Below are positions 28,882-38,924 of a stretch of DNA of 64,000 bases, piece after piece. The DNA is from an uncultured virus (IMG/VR IMGVR_UViG_3300027747_004323) (lineage: Duplodnaviria; Heunggongvirae; Uroviricota; Caudoviricetes), in the IMG/VR virus record IMGVR_UViG_3300027747_004323; one strand, given 5' to 3'. The position numbers were made by a program, and so were the translations under genes. Numbering within the stretch: the first letter of the stretch is position 1; every line of letters begins with the position of its first letter. The notes under the pieces were generated by a model. That model was not told where the DNA came from. It saw nothing but the letters and a program-made list of their open reading frames with translations, and searched no databases.

Positions 28882-29184
28882 TCAGTTTGGTTTCTCTGAT
28901 TTTTCTCTTCGCATCCCAGGAAGGTCCACGTCAGATTCTGAAGACTTCAGGTGACGCAGTATGACTTCCTGCGCTGCGAAGAGCTCGTTGATGGCCGTGT
29001 TGTGGCTGTACACGGTCACGGTGAGGAGCGACACTGTCTTTGCGAGGTTCTTGAACTCGTCTGCGAGGAGCTTCACCGATCCTGCAAGCATGTTGACGTC
29101 GTCAGGAAGCTCGACGCTTTTCTTGACGATCGAGGTCAAGAGCGCGAACATGCCGCTTTCATTCTTCGGTGTTGTCTTTTCCAT
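28882..29184 (-). CDS. hypothetical protein
   Basis: ORF in the operon. Confidence 0.55.
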   Translation of the reverse strand: MEKTTPKNESGMFALLTSIVKKSVELPDDVNMLAGSVKLLADEFKNLAKTVSLLTVTVYSHNTAINELFAAQEVILRHLKSSESDVDLPGMRREKSEKPN

Positions 29185-29473
29185 CTTCGGTGCCTTCCAA
29201 CAGATTGTACAACGTCTCGCTGTCGAGTTCACCGATGTGAAGGTGACGATTCCTGTTCGTCTTCTCTAGCGTGGCGATCAGCTTCTTCTTTGCCACTCTC
29301 TGGAGGAGACGCTCTGCCTTTGGACTCTCAGACAACACCATGTCGGCAGCCTCCTGAAAGAGATCCTGCATGGTAATGCCGTACCTGAAGAGCTTCTCTC
29401 TGAGGGCGGCATGAGACTCCTTCGTCAATTTCACGTGAACACTCTTCCTTCCGAAGAAGAGGTCGTGTCTCAT
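29159..29473 (-). CDS. ribbon-helix-helix-like DNA-binding protein
   Basis: KSVHVKLTKESHAALREKLFRYGITMQDLF. Confidence 0.55.
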   Translation of the reverse strand: MRHDLFFGRKSVHVKLTKESHAALREKLFRYGITMQDLFQEAADMVLSESPKAERLLQRVAKKKLIATLEKTNRNRHLHIGELDSETLYNLLEGTEDGKDNTEE

Positions 29474-30048
29474 GCACCGCCTCCGCCGGCTGGGCCTGCG
29501 GCCGCGGCCTTCGGTGCCTGGAACTCCGTCTCGTCTTCCTTCTCAGACTGCGAGACTCCGATCTCGACGCCGTAGGACTCGAGTAGTTCCTCCTTGAACG
29601 TCTCCACTGCAGACTTGTCGTAGTTCTTTGCGAGGTAATTGGACGCCCTGCGGAGGATCGTGTTGCGGATCTCGAGGAGGTTGTCGTAGTTGTCGACGAG
29701 GCGCATCACGTCAGTGACGAAAGATCCGACGTCGATGTCGTCGGAGGAGAGCTTCTCTGGCTCTGCGTCCTCCTTCTCCTCGTCTCCCTTCTCTTCGTCT
29801 TTGTCGTCCTCTTTCTCGTCTTCTTCCTCGTCAGCCTCGACGAGGAATCTCCTCGTCATCATACGAAAGTTGAGGCCTTCGTTCTTCGCATTCTTTGCCT
29901 CTGCCTCGTACTCCGACAGATACTTGTCGATCTGAGCATCGAGAGAGTCCTCACCCTTCTCTTTCTCAGGCTCAGCAGCCTCGACGATTCTTGAGGTGCT
30001 TCCTCTTCGAAGGGATCGAGCCAGCTCCTTCAGCAGGGAAGTCATCAC
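29470..30048 (-). CDS. hypothetical acidic protein
   Basis: 192 aa; LLKEL leader; acidic tract after LVEA. Confidence 0.65.
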   Translation of the reverse strand: MMTSLLKELARSLRRGSTSRIVEAAEPEKEKGEDSLDAQIDKYLSEYEAEAKNAKNEGLNFRMMTRRFLVEADEEEDEKEDDKDEEKGDEEKEDAEPEKLSSDDIDVGSFVTDVMRLVDNYDNLLEIRNTILRRASNYLAKNYDKSAVETFKEELLESYGVEIGVSQSEKEDETEFQAPKAAAAGPAGGGGA

Positions 30049-30782
30049 TTCACCACCTGGGCCATCGCTTCTGCCTTCTTGAAGCGGTCCTCAATGACCG
30101 ACCAGTTGAACTCTCTCATCTGCGAAATGAGGTAGGACTTGGGATCATTGAGATAGTCCTTGTAGTACGCGTGCTCCCACATGTCGACGACGACGAGGGG
30201 ATAGAAGCCCATCGGGACGCTGCCTGCATGGTCGTCTATCATGAAGTTGACGTACTTCTTCAGGAAGAGGTGGTAGCCACAGACTGCCCAACCGCCACGT
30301 GATGCGAGGGCACACGCCATGAAATCCCTCTGCCAGTCGTCGAACGTCCCGAAGTCACGCTGTAGCCTGAGGAAGGCGAGAGAATCCATCACCACCTCGC
30401 TGTGCGGATCGAAGCAGTTTGCGAAGTACAGCTCGTGGAGCCACACGGCGTTGAGGTTCCACGTCTCGTCGAGCTTCAGCGTCCTAAACTGAGAGTGGCG
30501 ATGATTGACGTCCGATCTCTCTGCAGTGTCGAGCTCCGCCGACACCTTGTTGAGGGACTCGACGTAGTTCTTGTACTTCTCGATGTGCGCTGACTTCGTC
30601 TTCTGGGAGACGAATTCCGAGACCTGCTTGAACTGCTTCGGCTCGGCAACGTATGACTCGTTCAAAGACTCGTCGGAGGGTAGCTTCGCAGTCTCCTTGA
30701 CGAGATGTGACTGGATGGTTCTCTTGATGATACCGTCGACGTCGATGCCGGCGAGAGGATGCTTCTTGTCAATCGATTTCAT
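30045..30782 (-). CDS. sod: Fe/Mn superoxide dismutase with N-terminal extension
   Basis: AHIEKY, LHELYF, GWA, DMWEHAYY supply the four metal ligands. Confidence 0.88.
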   Translation of the reverse strand: MKSIDKKHPLAGIDVDGIIKRTIQSHLVKETAKLPSDESLNESYVAEPKQFKQVSEFVSQKTKSAHIEKYKNYVESLNKVSAELDTAERSDVNHRHSQFRTLKLDETWNLNAVWLHELYFANCFDPHSEVVMDSLAFLRLQRDFGTFDDWQRDFMACALASRGGWAVCGYHLFLKKYVNFMIDDHAGSVPMGFYPLVVVDMWEHAYYKDYLNDPKSYLISQMREFNWSVIEDRFKKAEAMAQVVK

Positions 30783-31050
30783 AGTTCTTCTCCAGGTCTT
30801 CTTTGTTCACGAGAAACTGCTTTCCTTCGGGCGTCTTCAGGATCACGTCGCGAGGGCCGACAGACATGACGGTGTAGAGAAACTGCGTTTTCTTGTGGCG
30901 CAGCTTCAGGTCTGTATCGATCAGCGTCTTTTCCTCGCCGTCGACCTTGCCCTTCATGACAGCGTCAACTGTTTCCGAGAGGGCAGCAACCTTTGCGTTC
31001 CATTCCTCTCTCATGATTCGTATGATGTCGGCCTCTTCGAGTTTTTTCAT
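30769..31050 (-). CDS. leader-motif hypothetical protein
   Basis: MKKLEEADIIRIMREEW; ATATTTA upstream. Confidence 0.65.
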   Translation of the reverse strand: MKKLEEADIIRIMREEWNAKVAALSETVDAVMKGKVDGEEKTLIDTDLKLRHKKTQFLYTVMSVGPRDVILKTPEGKQFLVNKEDLEKNYEID

Positions 31051-31052
31051 GG

Positions 31053-31478
31053 CTAACCTGTAAATATCACGTCGGCGTATCTATTGACGACTACGTCACA
31101 AGATTGGAGGATCTTGATGCCGTTGAGATCCCTGTACTCTTCGTCATAGACGACCTCTGAGATGTCGGCATTCACGATAAGCTTTGCGCACTGCACGCAA
31201 GGTGAGTGCGTGAGGTACATGATCTTCTTGCGATTGAAGTTGTAGTCACACTTGACGAGTGCATTCACTTCAGCATGTATGAAACCACTCTGTCCTGGGT
31301 CCGCCGAATCGGGAACGTTAGGTCCTCCCCTGTAGTTTCCGTTGTATCCCAGTGAGAGGAGACGAGTGTTGTCGTCTGAGACGACGATCGCTCCCACCTT
31401 GAGACGAGGATCGTAGGACCTCTCGGCCACGGTTCGAGCGATCGACATCCAGGATTCGTGCCAGGACGGTCTACGCAT
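31053..31478 (-). CDS. dCMP deaminase
   Basis: KVGA, GYNG, HAEVNA, SPCVQC. Confidence 0.92.
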   Translation of the reverse strand: MRRPSWHESWMSIARTVAERSYDPRLKVGAIVVSDDNTRLLSLGYNGNYRGGPNVPDSADPGQSGFIHAEVNALVKCDYNFNRKKIMYLTHSPCVQCAKLIVNADISEVVYDEEYRDLNGIKILQSCDVVVNRYADVIFTG

Positions 31479-31479
31479 G

Positions 31480-32058
31480 TCAGTTCTCGTGGATCTTAGG
31501 ACGCAGGTCGATCGAGATGTGATGCGAGTAGCATCTCGGCTCATAGAGCTCTGCACCTCCCACCTCGATCTCTTCGCCGTTTGTCTGCTTCTTGTGTGTG
31601 TAGTGGGCGTCCCTGCCGCAGACTGTGCACACAGCAGTGCATTTCTCGACGTGAGTCGACCACACGAGCATCTTCTCGATCTCGTGAAAAGGCTTGCCCG
31701 AGTAAGACATTTCGAGCGAGGAGACGACGATGGTGAAACCGCTCTTGTAGAGCCAGATGAGGGACTCTGCGATGCCTGGAATCATGAAGGCCTCGTCGAC
31801 CGCGATGACGTGAGGATTCTCGTCGAGGTTCGTGAGATGCTCGAGGATGTCCGCACCCGACTTGATGCACACAGCGGGAACCTTCCAGCCACCGTGGGTG
31901 ACGACCTCACTAGGACTGTATCTGTCGTCGATCAGCGGCTTGAAGACGACGACTTTCTTGTGTTGATACTTGTATTTCTCGAGAGTTGAAAGGAGTCGCG
32001 ACGTCTTCGACCCAAACATCGGCCCAGTGTAAACGATGAACTCAGGATTGCTCAACAT
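31480..32058 (-). CDS. tdk: thymidine kinase
   Basis: GPMFGSKT, VDEA, AVCTVCG, VGGAELYEPRC. Confidence 0.93.
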   Translation of the reverse strand: MLSNPEFIVYTGPMFGSKTSRLLSTLEKYKYQHKKVVVFKPLIDDRYSPSEVVTHGGWKVPAVCIKSGADILEHLTNLDENPHVIAVDEAFMIPGIAESLIWLYKSGFTIVVSSLEMSYSGKPFHEIEKMLVWSTHVEKCTAVCTVCGRDAHYTHKKQTNGEEIEVGGAELYEPRCYSHHISIDLRPKIHEN

Positions 32059-32067
32059 TCTCTTACC

Positions 32068-33024
32068 TCACATGTCCTTGATCTTGTCCCAAGACTTCTC
32101 ATACCACTCGATGGTTCGATCGAGTCCGTCCCAAAACCGAACAAGCGGAACGTAACCGAGAACCGCTGTGGTCTTCGATATGTCTGCCTGTGTGTGCATC
32201 ACGTCTCCAGCACGCCACGGAGCTGTGTGGTGCTGGGCATAAGGATAGACTTCCTGGAGTTTTCCGAGCACCTCTGCGTTTGATGTCCTGTCGCCGCAGG
32301 CCACGTTGAGAGGTTCTGCGGCCAATGGACCGACGTGCTCGACTGCTCTCATGCAAGCATCGACGACGTTGTCGACGTAGCACATGTCCCGTGTCTGCGA
32401 GCCGTCTCCGTCCGATCGCATGGAGTCGCCCTTCTTGATCGCAGTCAACCATGCCGAGACCGCGGTCGAATAAGGCGAATTTCCTAGCTGATTGGGTCCG
32501 AAGACGTTGAAGAAGCGAAGGGCGACGGAATCAAGACCGTAGAGGTTGTAGTAGACCTTCATGTAGTCTTCGATGATCGACTTCTGGAGTGCGTAAGGTG
32601 ACTTTGGATCCTTGGGATACGTCGTCGGAGTCGGCATGAAGTCTGCACCGCCATATACAGAACTCGATGATGCGAAGACGAACCGTCTCGCGTTGCCGCG
32701 GCAGGCCTGCATGAGGCGCAACGTCTTCGTCACATTCGTCTCGTGTGTCTCAAGAGGAAACTCCACGGAATAGCTCACACGAGGCACAGCGGCCAAGTGA
32801 ACGACGGCGTCGAATTGCCCTGAGACGACAGCATGAAGCACGTTCGGTGCCGAGAAGTCGCTTACCAGGAAGTTGTCTGATTCGACGAATCGAGAGTCGA
32901 GAAACTCTTCGTGGCCGTTGCTCATGTCGTCCACGCCGAAGACATCCCAGCCTGATTCGAGGCATTTCTTCGTCAGGTTGCTGCCGATGAATCCCGCAGC
33001 ACCTGTGATGAGAACCTTAGTCAT
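32068..33024 (-). CDS. NAD-dependent NDP-sugar epimerase/dehydratase
   Basis: TGAAGFIG, HLAA, ASSSSVYG, YALQK, RFFNVFGP. Confidence 0.92.
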   Translation of the reverse strand: MTKVLITGAAGFIGSNLTKKCLESGWDVFGVDDMSNGHEEFLDSRFVESDNFLVSDFSAPNVLHAVVSGQFDAVVHLAAVPRVSYSVEFPLETHETNVTKTLRLMQACRGNARRFVFASSSSVYGGADFMPTPTTYPKDPKSPYALQKSIIEDYMKVYYNLYGLDSVALRFFNVFGPNQLGNSPYSTAVSAWLTAIKKGDSMRSDGDGSQTRDMCYVDNVVDACMRAVEHVGPLAAEPLNVACGDRTSNAEVLGKLQEVYPYAQHHTAPWRAGDVMHTQADISKTTAVLGYVPLVRFWDGLDRTIEWYEKSWDKIKDM

Positions 33025-33030
33025 GCGTCC

Positions 33031-33060
33031 ATTATAGGACGCATGCCTTCAAGAGTTCAC
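33031..33060 (-). promoter_or_regulatory. sigma70-like leaderless promoter
   Basis: GTGAAC-N18-TATAAT-N6-ATG. Confidence 0.7.
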
Positions 33061-33827
33061 CTCGTCTTGATCACGATTTCGACACCTTTGGGATCGGTGG
33101 TCAAAAAAGCCTTGAGGCGGTCGCCCTCGTAATCGATCATGACACCCTCATCTTCACTAGTGAGTTCTCCCTTGAGTGAGGACTCGAATCCCAGCTTCTT
33201 CATCACCTCGTCGCAGTACAAGGCAATCTGATCCAGCATGGCGAGCTGTTTCGATGGCACCAGGACCCTGACGTTGACAGAAGTCTTGCTCAGCTCTTCG
33301 ATGGTGACCTTTGATCCCTCAGACTCAAGGTCTTTCTTGATCGCGGAAGCGACGGCCATCTTGTCGGTGGGTGAAGGAGGTGCCGCAGTGACCTCCCCGC
33401 CCTTCATGACGGCGACGACCTTCTTTGCGAGAGCGCCCGCGTCGATCTTCTTCACTCTGCGGCCGGGTTCATAGTTCATCGGATTGAGGAATCCACCTAC
33501 CATGTCAAGGACGGCATCGTGGACGTAGTACTCGACCATGCTGAGCCATTCGTCCCTTCTGTCGACGGGGTCCTTGATGCCCCTCATCTCTGACTCGATG
33601 TTTGACCAAGCGTCCCACATCGCTCCGAAAACCGGACCGCCCTCGTAAGAAGTATCTGAAGCCTCGTCGACGAGGTCTTCCGGGGCCCCTGCGGCCGTGA
33701 GTGCTGCAGAGAACACATTACGAAACTTCATGAAGCTGTCGGGCGGGGAGGCAGCAGCCTTCGCGGCTTCGGCGATTTGCCTCTTGACAGAGGCACGAAT
33801 CATTCGACGGAGTTCGTTGAGAGTCAT
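33057..33827 (-). CDS. leader-motif hypothetical protein
   Basis: MTLNELRRMIRASVKRQIAE; ATACTTA 5 nt upstream. Confidence 0.7.
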   Translation of the reverse strand: MTLNELRRMIRASVKRQIAEAAKAAASPPDSFMKFRNVFSAALTAAGAPEDLVDEASDTSYEGGPVFGAMWDAWSNIESEMRGIKDPVDRRDEWLSMVEYYVHDAVLDMVGGFLNPMNYEPGRRVKKIDAGALAKKVVAVMKGGEVTAAPPSPTDKMAVASAIKKDLESEGSKVTIEELSKTSVNVRVLVPSKQLAMLDQIALYCDEVMKKLGFESSLKGELTSEDEGVMIDYEGDRLKAFLTTDPKGVEIVIKTR

Positions 33828-33842
33828 GCGTCTAAGTATTCT

Positions 33843-34838
33843 TCACTTCTTCCAGAAGTCATACATTCCCTTGGCGACCTCGTATTTCATCATCTTGACG
33901 GGACGTGGCGGCTGCTCCTTCGCCCAGACGAACATCTTCTCGACGAGGTCCTCAAAGTCTGTGTCGTCTACGAATCCCAGGTCTCTCTTCGCCTTTGTGT
34001 GGTCGCAGTAGGCGTGCTGCACCTCGTCACGAGGCTCGAGGTGGACTATCGCCACGTCGTGTCCCAATTTGGCCGCGACGCGTCGGAATCGAGAAGCCGC
34101 ATCGGCGATCGTCATGTGTGAATCGGCACCCATGTTGTACGTCTCACCGTCGCCGGCATTCATCAAGGTCTCAAAGGGCGCCATGTAGTACTTGATGTCT
34201 GAGAACGACCGCGTCTGTGAGCCATCACCGAAGACTGTGATGGGCTGACCCGACAATGTCTGTCTAATCCAGATGCCTAACACATTCCTGTATTTGTCCC
34301 AGATATTCTGGTGTACTCCAAAGACGTTGTGCGGACGCACGACAGTGTAGTTGAGACCGAAGAGCCTGTGGGCCTGCTTCAGGTCCAACTCCACAGCATA
34401 CTTTGCGATGCCGTAGGGATCTTCAGGCATCGGCACAAAGTCCTCGACGTAGGGCGGGTGATGATGGCTTCCGTAGACGTCCATGGACGACGTGAAGACA
34501 ATCTTCTTCGAGTCGTGATTGACGCACGCATTGATCACGTTTGCAGACCCCACCACGTTGTTCGAGTAGTTGAAGCTCCTGATGAAGGGACTGAGCCCCA
34601 CCGCAGCATAGGCAGCGAAGTGATAGACGTACTGGGGTCTTCGTGTCCGAAATGCCTCGTCGACCGCGGACGAATCGACGAGGTTCACCTCCAAGAAATC
34701 GAGTCGTTCGTCGAGGTTCTCTCTATAACCACCACTCAAGTCGTCGATGCCCGTCACCGTGTGACCGCGGTCGAGAAGGTGTCTCGAGAAATGACTTCCT
34801 AGTAGGCCTGCCACGCCTGTGATCAATACACTCGCCAT
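33843..34838 (-). CDS. NAD-dependent NDP-sugar epimerase/dehydratase
   Basis: TGVAGLLG, HFAA, TSSMDVYG, YGIAK, RPHNVFG. Confidence 0.92.
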   Translation of the reverse strand: MASVLITGVAGLLGSHFSRHLLDRGHTVTGIDDLSGGYRENLDERLDFLEVNLVDSSAVDEAFRTRRPQYVYHFAAYAAVGLSPFIRSFNYSNNVVGSANVINACVNHDSKKIVFTSSMDVYGSHHHPPYVEDFVPMPEDPYGIAKYAVELDLKQAHRLFGLNYTVVRPHNVFGVHQNIWDKYRNVLGIWIRQTLSGQPITVFGDGSQTRSFSDIKYYMAPFETLMNAGDGETYNMGADSHMTIADAASRFRRVAAKLGHDVAIVHLEPRDEVQHAYCDHTKAKRDLGFVDDTDFEDLVEKMFVWAKEQPPRPVKMMKYEVAKGMYDFWKK

Positions 34839-34847
34839 GATCCAGCA

Positions 34848-35753
34848 TTATACAGCATCACGACGCACGTGGAGGCTGTCGAACTGAACGACGAGTCTCA
34901 CTGAGTTGACAGCCCAGCCGAAGGTCCGAGGAATTTCGGTGGAAAGGTGGGCAAGGAATCGAAGGTCGAGTGTACCGTTCTTCACGGAGTCCGTGCTCCT
35001 CAGAAGACTGATGACCTTGAGGTCGCCATCACGAGGCAAGAAGTGTATCGAAGAGATGCACGTGTCGCTGTGGTAGTAGAACCGCCTCGAGTCGAGTCCT
35101 TGTGGCGCTCCATAGGGATTTTTCCCTGACATCTCGTCGTGGATCACTTCCTCGCACGACTTGAGGATGTCCAAGAAGTACTCGCCTTCGTGGGGATCGT
35201 TGAGGATGGAGGGATCCGTGTACTGAGGTGGGACGTCGAACTCCACGCGTGCCTGCACCTCTTGGTCCTTTGACAGGAAAGTACAGTGTCTAATCGTGTG
35301 ACCAAACACCCCCGGAGATTGTTCCGAATATTCCTGGATGTCCCTGCTGACTTCTCGTGCCTGGTCCGACAGGGAAGCGTCCCTCGAGAGGACGAGGACG
35401 TTGGGAAGTGCGATGATCTTCGAGACCTCTTCCTGGAAGATCCTGTAGAGTTTCAAGAGCGAAGCGTCGTCCTGGAACTCGTCGCCTCGTGAGCGTAGTC
35501 TCTCGAGGACGACGTTGACAGGAGGCATCAGGACGACGAGGAAGTTGTTGAGATCACAGAGCTCTTCGCGGAGGGCAGCTCGATGCTCCGCCTCAGGCCG
35601 TCCGTAGAGACGCGCATAGCACAGCATCGAGAGGAAGGACCGGTCTTGAATGTTGTACTTGAACTTCGTTTCCTTGTGCAGGGCTGAATAGAGCGAAGTC
35701 TTGCCGCTGCAGTCCGGTCCCTCTAGAATGACGTATTTGATCGGAATGTTCAT
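34848..35753 (-). CDS. dNMP kinase fused to a thymidylate synthase-fold (dCMP hydroxymethylase-like) domain
   Basis: P-loop EGPDCSGKT and DRS; C-terminal SRR...CISSIHF...RSTD...D...SLHV. Confidence 0.78.
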   Translation of the reverse strand: MNIPIKYVILEGPDCSGKTSLYSALHKETKFKYNIQDRSFLSMLCYARLYGRPEAEHRAALREELCDLNNFLVVLMPPVNVVLERLRSRGDEFQDDASLLKLYRIFQEEVSKIIALPNVLVLSRDASLSDQAREVSRDIQEYSEQSPGVFGHTIRHCTFLSKDQEVQARVEFDVPPQYTDPSILNDPHEGEYFLDILKSCEEVIHDEMSGKNPYGAPQGLDSRRFYYHSDTCISSIHFLPRDGDLKVISLLRSTDSVKNGTLDLRFLAHLSTEIPRTFGWAVNSVRLVVQFDSLHVRRDAV

Positions 35754-38026
35754 GCCATCTGCCTCATCTTGAAGATCGAAGTCGAGAAGCCCCACTGAGG
35801 ATCGTGTTGTGCCTTGCCTACCCACAGGGTGTAGGGTTTGATCTCCTCCTGCGGCGTGCCCCATACTCGAATCCACGCGATCCTAAACTCGTCGTCCATC
35901 GCTTTACAACGATAGAACGACTTTCCGTTCTTCGTCTTCTTCAGCTCGGCGGACGCCATGCAGAACCAGCCGATGCCCTCCGTGCCCGGCGGGATGTCGT
36001 GGAGGCGAGGCACTTCCTTCGACGCGACCTTCTCCATGATCTCGGGTGGAAAGAGGAGGTCTGCGTCGATCGTGGACGTGAGGTCGAAGCGTAGGTTGAT
36101 CTTCTCGTCACGAGTCCAGTCCTCCGTTTCTGCGAGCTCCTCGAGGAGGAAGTCGACGATGGGAATCACGGGTTCACCGGCCTTCGCCTTCTTCTTCAGT
36201 TGCGATGCAGTGAGACCGTAGAGGCCCTTTCGGAGGGTCTCGTAGTTCTTTTCCTCGGTGAGTGCGAGGAGGAGCTGCCGATGATTCGCGATGCGGCCGT
36301 ACTGGAAGTCCTCGAGGGACTCTAGGCCTTCGATCTGACACAGGGCGGAGAGCACCGTCTTGTTCACCTTGCTGTGTCTCCATTCGCCGGCGTCGTCGTA
36401 CAGCATCCCCTTGAGGTCCTTATACGGTCGGTTGACCATGATCTCCTCGACGGCGGCGTTTCCGATGCCCTTCACCGAACCGAGGGGCGGAACGAAGGCG
36501 TTGGCCTCGTCGGAGAAGTCCCACTGCTTGCCCGAGTAGTTGACGTCGTGCTTCGAGAAGCTGTATCCCAATGCCTTCACCTCGGAGATCACCTTGGAGA
36601 GCTCCTTGGGATTGGACGAGGCAGACTGCAGGATCGTGGCGAGCCAGTCCTTCTCGTAGTGGGTGTGGAGCCATGCCGCGTAGTAGGAGTCGATGGCATA
36701 GGACACGGAGTGGGACTTGTTGAAGCCGTAGAGCGAGAAGAACTCGATCTTGTCGAACAGCGCATTGGTGATGTCTTCCGAGATTCCGTGGATTTCTTTG
36801 GCGCCCTTCACGAACTTCTCGCGGAGCATCACCTTCTCGCCCGACTTCTTGTCGAGTGTGTCGAGTGACTTCTTCACGAGCGTCTTCCTCATCTGGTCGG
36901 ACTCGCCCGGTGAGAAACCGCCGAGCTCCACGGCGAGGCTCATGAACTGTTCCTGGAAGGCGATGAAGCCGCGGGTCACACCGAGCACCTTCTCGATGAG
37001 CGGATGGTCGTACTTGATGCCCTCGATGTTCTTACCGGCGTCGACGTACATATTGTGGACGTTCGCCTTGAGGGGACCGGGTCGGTAGATGGCAGTGATC
37101 GCCGCGAGCTCGTCGATCGTGTTGGGATTCGCCTGCATGCAGAACTTCCGGGCTCCGCTGGCAGTGAACTGGAAGACGCCGACGAAGCGACCTTCCTGGT
37201 ACACGTGCTTCCACACCGCGGGGTCGTCCTGCTTCACGTATCGACAGTTGAGGTGCTTGTCGAAGAACGCCTTGACGTCGAGGAACGTCGGATCGGGATT
37301 GCCCTGCTTCACGAGGATGCGTCGGATGCAGTTCTCGACGTCCTTGAGGAGGGTGAGTCCCAGGAAGTCGAACTTGAGGAAGCCGTTGTCCTCGAGGTTG
37401 CGGAAGTTCATGCCCTCGGTCCACGGAGTCTGAAGCTCGCCGCGGACGCCGATGATGGGCATCGTGGCGGACAACTCCTCGGGATCGGCGACGAGGACGC
37501 CGCCGGCGTGACGGCCCACGGATCGGTTCTGCATGAAGAGCGTGCTGATGTGGTCCTCGACCTCCGGGTACTTCTCCATGAAGGCCTTGTACTTCGGAGA
37601 GAACCTCATACAGTCCTCGTGCTTCAGGACGAAGACGGACTTCTCCTGGTCCTCGTCCCGGGCGAGAGGCTCGACCTCCGCTTGGAGCGGGCCTGTCACC
37701 TCATTCACCTCCTCGAACGGAATGCCGTAGATTTTTGAGATGTCCTTGACGAGGGACTTCAGCTTCAGGGTGTTGAAGTTGGACACGGGAATGACCGCGT
37801 CCTCACCGAAGAGATTTCGAGCTTCCTCGATCAACACGTCTCGATCTGCAGCATCAGAGTCGATATCGGGCCACGAAGTATTGTGTGTCAGTGCAAAGTC
37901 CTTGCCTACTGTTGACACAAAAAACGTATGATCATTAGCAACCTCGATGTCGACGTATTCTTCAGCTTTGTCGCTAAAGATGACTTCTTCGATCTCTACT
38001 TCTTCAAACTCGAGAGTTGACAACAA
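35750..38026 (-). CDS. dnaE: DNA polymerase III alpha, C-terminal half, preceded by C-intein
   Basis: DIEV...HTF...THN/T then PDIDSD, HAGG, KFDFLGL, GVFQF, RPGP, YGFNKSH; likely TTG start at 38026 with SD AAGGA (track start 38077). Confidence 0.92.
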   Translation of the reverse strand: MLSTLEFEEVEIEEVIFSDKAEEYVDIEVANDHTFFVSTVGKDFALTHNTSWPDIDSDAADRDVLIEEARNLFGEDAVIPVSNFNTLKLKSLVKDISKIYGIPFEEVNEVTGPLQAEVEPLARDEDQEKSVFVLKHEDCMRFSPKYKAFMEKYPEVEDHISTLFMQNRSVGRHAGGVLVADPEELSATMPIIGVRGELQTPWTEGMNFRNLEDNGFLKFDFLGLTLLKDVENCIRRILVKQGNPDPTFLDVKAFFDKHLNCRYVKQDDPAVWKHVYQEGRFVGVFQFTASGARKFCMQANPNTIDELAAITAIYRPGPLKANVHNMYVDAGKNIEGIKYDHPLIEKVLGVTRGFIAFQEQFMSLAVELGGFSPGESDQMRKTLVKKSLDTLDKKSGEKVMLREKFVKGAKEIHGISEDITNALFDKIEFFSLYGFNKSHSVSYAIDSYYAAWLHTHYEKDWLATILQSASSNPKELSKVISEVKALGYSFSKHDVNYSGKQWDFSDEANAFVPPLGSVKGIGNAAVEEIMVNRPYKDLKGMLYDDAGEWRHSKVNKTVLSALCQIEGLESLEDFQYGRIANHRQLLLALTEEKNYETLRKGLYGLTASQLKKKAKAGEPVIPIVDFLLEELAETEDWTRDEKINLRFDLTSTIDADLLFPPEIMEKVASKEVPRLHDIPPGTEGIGWFCMASAELKKTKNGKSFYRCKAMDDEFRIAWIRVWGTPQEEIKPYTLWVGKAQHDPQWGFSTSIFKMRQMA
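37880..38026 (-). other. split intein C-terminal fragment (about 49 aa)
   Basis: Block F EYVDIEVANDHTFFV, block G THN, +1 Thr. Confidence 0.88.
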
Positions 38027-38924
38027 GATTTTTTGTTCCTTTGTAGTTTCTGAATTCGAGATTTGGAATGACATCAAACAACTCCTGAGTCTTTAGGCTG
38101 TTATAGAAATCTTTCATATAGAGCACACGAATGTTCAATCCGTCTGCCTTTAGCACTTCGAGAGCAAGCAAATTCTTCTCAAAGGCATGATCTCTTCTTC
38201 CTGCTTTCAGCTCTACATACTCGTTAGTATCTGGATGAAAGAAGTCCGGTGTGTAGCTTACTTCTGTTTCAGCGACTTTTACGGAGAAGGTCTTGTGTTC
38301 GTAATGAACTTCAATTCCTACATGATTGCAGTAACGAAAGTAGTCAGCCTCGAGCGAACTTCTGAAGTAGATTCCTAAGTCAGAACGAACGCCAGATCGA
38401 CCCCTAGAATAGAGTTTGATCTCTCCGCTTGATTGAGCTGCATACTGACACTTGCGTCCACAAAATCTTACCACAGACGTAGTGTACTTTTCAAAATTAC
38501 TACCGCAGACTTTACATGGGACTATCACTCTTGTTGCAGTTCGACTTGCATCCCTGGCACATGGGAGTGAACAGTATTTACGGTTGCTGCCTTCGATTAC
38601 TTCGAAATTTGCGCCACATGAACTGCAAATCAGAGTGACGCGCTCTTTTTCGCTTGACTTAGCATACGACCGATTTTGGCATGCTCTCGAGCAATACTTC
38701 GATTGTTTCGCTAAACTGGGCGGTAACGTGTAGTCTCTTTCACAGTAGTTGCACTTGAGCGTCATTGATGAAATTGACTTTTCTCTCCTTTTTGCACCTT
38801 TGCATTCTTTCGAGCAGTACTTCTTGTTGCAAGAACTGAAGCCTCCCTGTGTATGGGTGAAGGTGACAACGAAGTCCTTGTTGCAATGTTTGCATGTGAG
38901 AGATTTCGTGCTTGTGTTTCCCAT
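38004..38924 (-). mobile_element. free-standing putative homing endonuclease (Zn-ribbon repeats plus PD-(D/E)XK domain)
   Basis: Four CxxC...(Y/F)CxxxC repeats, FRSSLE, YTPDF...VELKAG; AT-rich; lies between the intein halves. Confidence 0.8.
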
